Source: Felis catus (taxonomy: Eukaryota). From it: a DNA stretch of 64,000 nt. Below are positions 60,212-64,000 of this stretch, piece after piece (the first letter of the stretch is position 1; every line of letters starts with the position of its first letter). The notes beneath the pieces are model-generated. The model saw nothing but the letters and a program-made list of their open reading frames with translations. It had not been told where the DNA came from and searched no databases. Both the position numbers and the translations under genes were made by a program. The DNA lies in contig NC_058368.1 of NCBI RefSeq assembly GCF_018350175.1, positions 132,992,001 to 133,056,000 of the forward strand, given 5' to 3'.

Positions 60212-62419
60212 TGGATACTTCTATTGCTATATCTCTTGCTATGTATTTTCTGTAGAGTCTAATCTGTTCATTTTATCTAAGTATATCTATTTCAAAATAA
60301 CCTCAAGTAACTTTATATCTTCCATGTCTCTTTTACATATTTAAATGTAATTTAAGCATATGAAAGTGGAAGTCTGCTGTTACCCTTTCTAACCTACTTA
60401 TTTGGCTCCATACTTTTTACTGATTCTGTCTATTATTCTCGACAAAAAATTTTGATCAGAGTCTTGGAAAAGAGCCATGCAAGTGATGGGTCCTGAAGCT
60501 TAAACTTTATTGTTTTCACAGTAAATCTATCTTAGGGCCTATTTAAGAAAAGAGGAAGGACAAGATCTCAAATGGAGGTTTCATTCCAGCCTCATTAGAC
60601 TGTGCCATGTGCAACGTGGCCAGTGACACCCAATTAAGGAGATAGTATTTACAAAGACTTATTATTTCTTGATGGATCATAAAAGCTCATTTGCTTAAAG
60701 ATTCAGTGATGCCACTCAGCCAGGAGCTTGGACCCAGTGGACCTCCTGTGCTCCAGGGTCAGGCAGCCTGGTCTACCAATAGCCCCAGGAACACCCTGGG
60801 GGTTGGGGCATCGGAGAAGTCTCACTTTACAAGTACCACATGAGCTGAATCTGTGGTACATGTTTTTGTTTTTCTTGTTCTAATTTGAAGCGCCTACTAG
60901 CTTCATGGTGTAAGAACAAGCTAATGTCAGAAACTTGAGTAGAGGTTAATCTGAATACATCTTAATCAGGATAATGTGATTATAAAACATTACAAAACTA
61001 ACCATGTAAGGTACAACTAGCAACTCAGATTGTTGGCATGATAGAGTATGGCGATAGAAGCACGACTAGAATTTTGAAATTCTACAGCCAGTCTGTTTGA
61101 TTTCAGAGTTCTCTAGGTTCCTATGTGTGTAGGCTCTATCCGTTCTTAAGAATAAGTGATAGTAAACAGTAAGCAGTTAATAGCAATAATAATTATATTC
61201 TGAAACTGCTTTCTCTGAAACAAGGAATCTGGCAGCTTCTTACAGAAACTTTGAAATCCAGGGAGGTTGTTCAGGGCTGCTGCTGCTGCTGTGAGCCTCT
61301 GTTGCCTTTGTGTGAATTAGGAAAAGGTGCTGCGTCTAGGTGATGTAAACTCATGGACGCTTGGCTTGGCAAATGGGGCTCAGATGAGTTCAGCCTCCCT
61401 TGTCTCCGAGACTGGGCATTCCTGTGCAATAAACAGACTACAGAATTGTCTGTGAGGCACCAGTGACTGGAGGTGGCTCCAACAAGTCTCCCTGCAGCCT
61501 CAACATCTGGCTGGCTTGTTCGGCAGGTAGAGGCAGTGAGATCAGCGAGACATTTCTTGGTGTAAAAAAGGATAAAAGCCTGACTGTGAAATCCTGAGCC
61601 AATATAAATACACTGCAGAGGAATAAGAAAAGGTTCACATATAACACTATTTAAGAGCTTGAAAGGATTTGGGAAATGATATAGTTCTTCCTTTCTTGCT
61701 CTTTAATGGATGAGAATCCCAAAGCTCAGAGGAAATGAGTAGCCCCACGTTGACCGGTACAAAGTAGCAGAGTCTGGCCAGGGCCATCAGCAATTTCCTA
61801 TCCTATCCAGTGTTTAATTACTATTTTTAATGGTACATTAAAACCCATCTCAAAAATGCAGATAAAAAGATAAGTTTTCTGATTCAATGAGTAAAACTCC
61901 CAAACATCATCATTTACAGTATTTGGAAAAACACAGTTTTCATTTCCGTAGAATCATGGCTTCTGGCAGTAATAATTCCATTACTCTTGATGAACCAACT
62001 GAGACTTCCGAGTTAATGCAATTTGTGTTCGAAGATGTCCTAAAAGGCTGATGTAACTTCATTATCCGCGCATGACTGTTAAAAGCACTACCGCTATTAA
62101 GCAATGAGAACGTCTTCTAACATGACTGTAATAGGATTTTCTGTTCTTTCAGGTCAGGTGGCAAAAGTTTAATGAGCAATTTAATTGCTTGAAGAATTCA
62201 ATATGTCTTATTTTTTGCTTCAGGGGTTGGGTAACATTGGTTCAGATGAGATATGAGAGTTTTTACCTTCGGGGAAGAAAACCGCCTTAGAAATCATGTC
62301 TTGGTTTTCCAGATCCTATATTGGGCCTAATTTCACTCCTTACTAATTACTCTTCATAAAAATCTACAAAACTTGGAGCTACATTTCATTTTAAAAATTA
62401 CTCACTTTAGTCGAGTGAG

Positions 62420-62845
62420 AGTCAACCACCACAAACTGGGTGGCTTAAGACAACAGGAAACCATCCTCAGAGCTCTAGTTCAGAGGCCAAGGGTCTGAGA
62501 CCAAGGTGTTCTCAGCGCCATGCTCCCTCTGAAGGCTCCAGGGGAGCATCTGTCCCAGGCCTTTCTTTTAGCTTCTGCTGCTGCTGGCAGTCCTGGACTT
62601 CCTTGGCTGATTGATACGTCACTCCAGGCTCTGTTCATTGTCATATGGCATTCTCCCTCTAAGTGCCCTGAGTCTCCTCTTTTAAGGACACTAGTCCCAT
62701 TGGATTAAGCGTCCTGATTAGTCCAGTATGACCTCATCTTAACTAATTATATCTTCAGCAGCCCTATGTGTGACTAAGGTCACATCCACAGGGGTTAGGA
62801 AATGAACATATCTTTTGGGGGGGATATAATTCTACATACAGCATG
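62420..62845. mobile_element. MaLR solo LTR (MLT1 family)
   Basis: accacaaactgggtggcttaagacaacagg...ccatgctccctctgaaggctccagggg...gtatgacctcatcttaactaattatatct...aacatatcttttggggg. Confidence 0.8.
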
Positions 62846-63369
62846 CAACCTTACTCCTATGAATACAAAAACACGAAGTAGTTATTAATTACCTTTCTGT
62901 GGGGCTCTTTGAGTCAGGTGAAGGTGGGGTGTGAGGAATCCTCATTTACATCAATCATTCTTGTCCTCACAAAGCTTATGGAAAAACTGATGATAAATAA
63001 ATCACTTACGTATATTAGTCATAGTAGGTATTCATCAGAAAAAAAATAGATCTGTATAGGACACAGTTCACATAATGTGGTCAGGGGAGGCCTGAGGATA
63101 TACATGTGAACTGACAAAGGTTGAAATGAGCCAGTGATGGGAAAGGCAAGGAGAAAAACGTTCCAGGTGGAGGCAACAGCAAATAGTAAGGCTCCAGGGT
63201 GGGAAAGAGCTCAAAACTCCAGGTCCTGAAGGAACAAAGAGGGGAGATGAGAGAAGAGGAGATCGAAGATGTAGGCGGGGTCTTAACCTGATGGGCGATA
63301 CCTGCCTCCCCAGTTTTTTGTCCGCAACACTGCAGCTTAGAAATATGGGTACATAGATGTATATGTACC

Positions 63370-63401
<32 letters not shown>

Positions 63402-64000
63402 AGTGTATGGTAAAAAGAGAAGTTTTTAGTTATTTGGAGATGGCATCTCAGGATGCTAATGTATCATTTTAAAGCCATGAGAAATAGGTGAGATTTGAGG
63501 AAAGAGAGTAAAGGAGGAGAGTGGGAGCAAGCCCTAAACCGAGGCCAAACCAGGCAATCACTAAGTGTGTTAGTCACATTATTTTGTGCCTACCAGAGCG
63601 CACAGCGCCAATGCTACAGTGTGTAGTGAGCCGAGACTTGGCATCCCAGCAAAGCAGCATGTGAATTCTAGCCCTGATTTGTCCTAGCTGTGTGACTGGA
63701 GCAAGTCCTTAATCTCTCTGAACTGCTGTTTCCATATCTTTAAAGTGGGATCTGTATTACCTACTTCGCAGAGTAGGTTGTAGGTAGGCTTCACTCAGTA
63801 CTTGTTGGTTTCCTTTCCATTTCCCCCTGGGCGTGTATTTCAGGGCTTGGATGATGGGGGAAGCAGAGAGGGCAAGAGAAAAAGGTGCTTTAGAGCAACT
63901 TGAATTTATTTAGTGCCTTGCTTAACGCCATACAAATATCACATTATATATGATGTAGATACATAATTTAGTAGGTTGAGGGCTTCCTCTTCTGTTGAGG

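Overview
Mammalian genomic DNA from a felid, judged by its roughly 40 tRNA-derived Can-SINEs, several of the young feline SINEC_Fc type. The window holds one complete protein-coding gene on the + strand, SREK1 (SFRS12/SRrp86). It has a CpG-island promoter (~6080-7260) and 12 coding exons from ATG 6634 to TAG 52098. These join through GT-AG introns into an uninterrupted 1881-nt ORF (626 aa: RRM1, RRM2, RS domain, EK domain, RS/C-terminal tail), followed by a long, repeat-poor 3' UTR. The rest is SINEs, L1/L2/MIR fragments, DNA transposons, MaLR LTRs and microsatellites. I found no second gene and no new protein-coding system; the other ORF-track entries are repeat-derived, antisense or intron read-through. 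The most interesting signals are non-coding: (1) unproductive-splicing features in SREK1, namely a transposon-free intron 2 with a CpG-rich poison-exon candidate, a cluster of 5' splice-site mimics and a second stop-containing block, a stop-containing upstream acceptor for exon 7, and a possible alternative start/micro-exon in intron 1; (2) a palindromic CTCF-like site behind the EK exon; (3) inverted young SINEs bracketing exons 8-10; (4) an apparent SINE-to-SINE templated copy at 57.3/59.2 kb. Repeat subfamily names and repeat boundaries are by-eye estimates.
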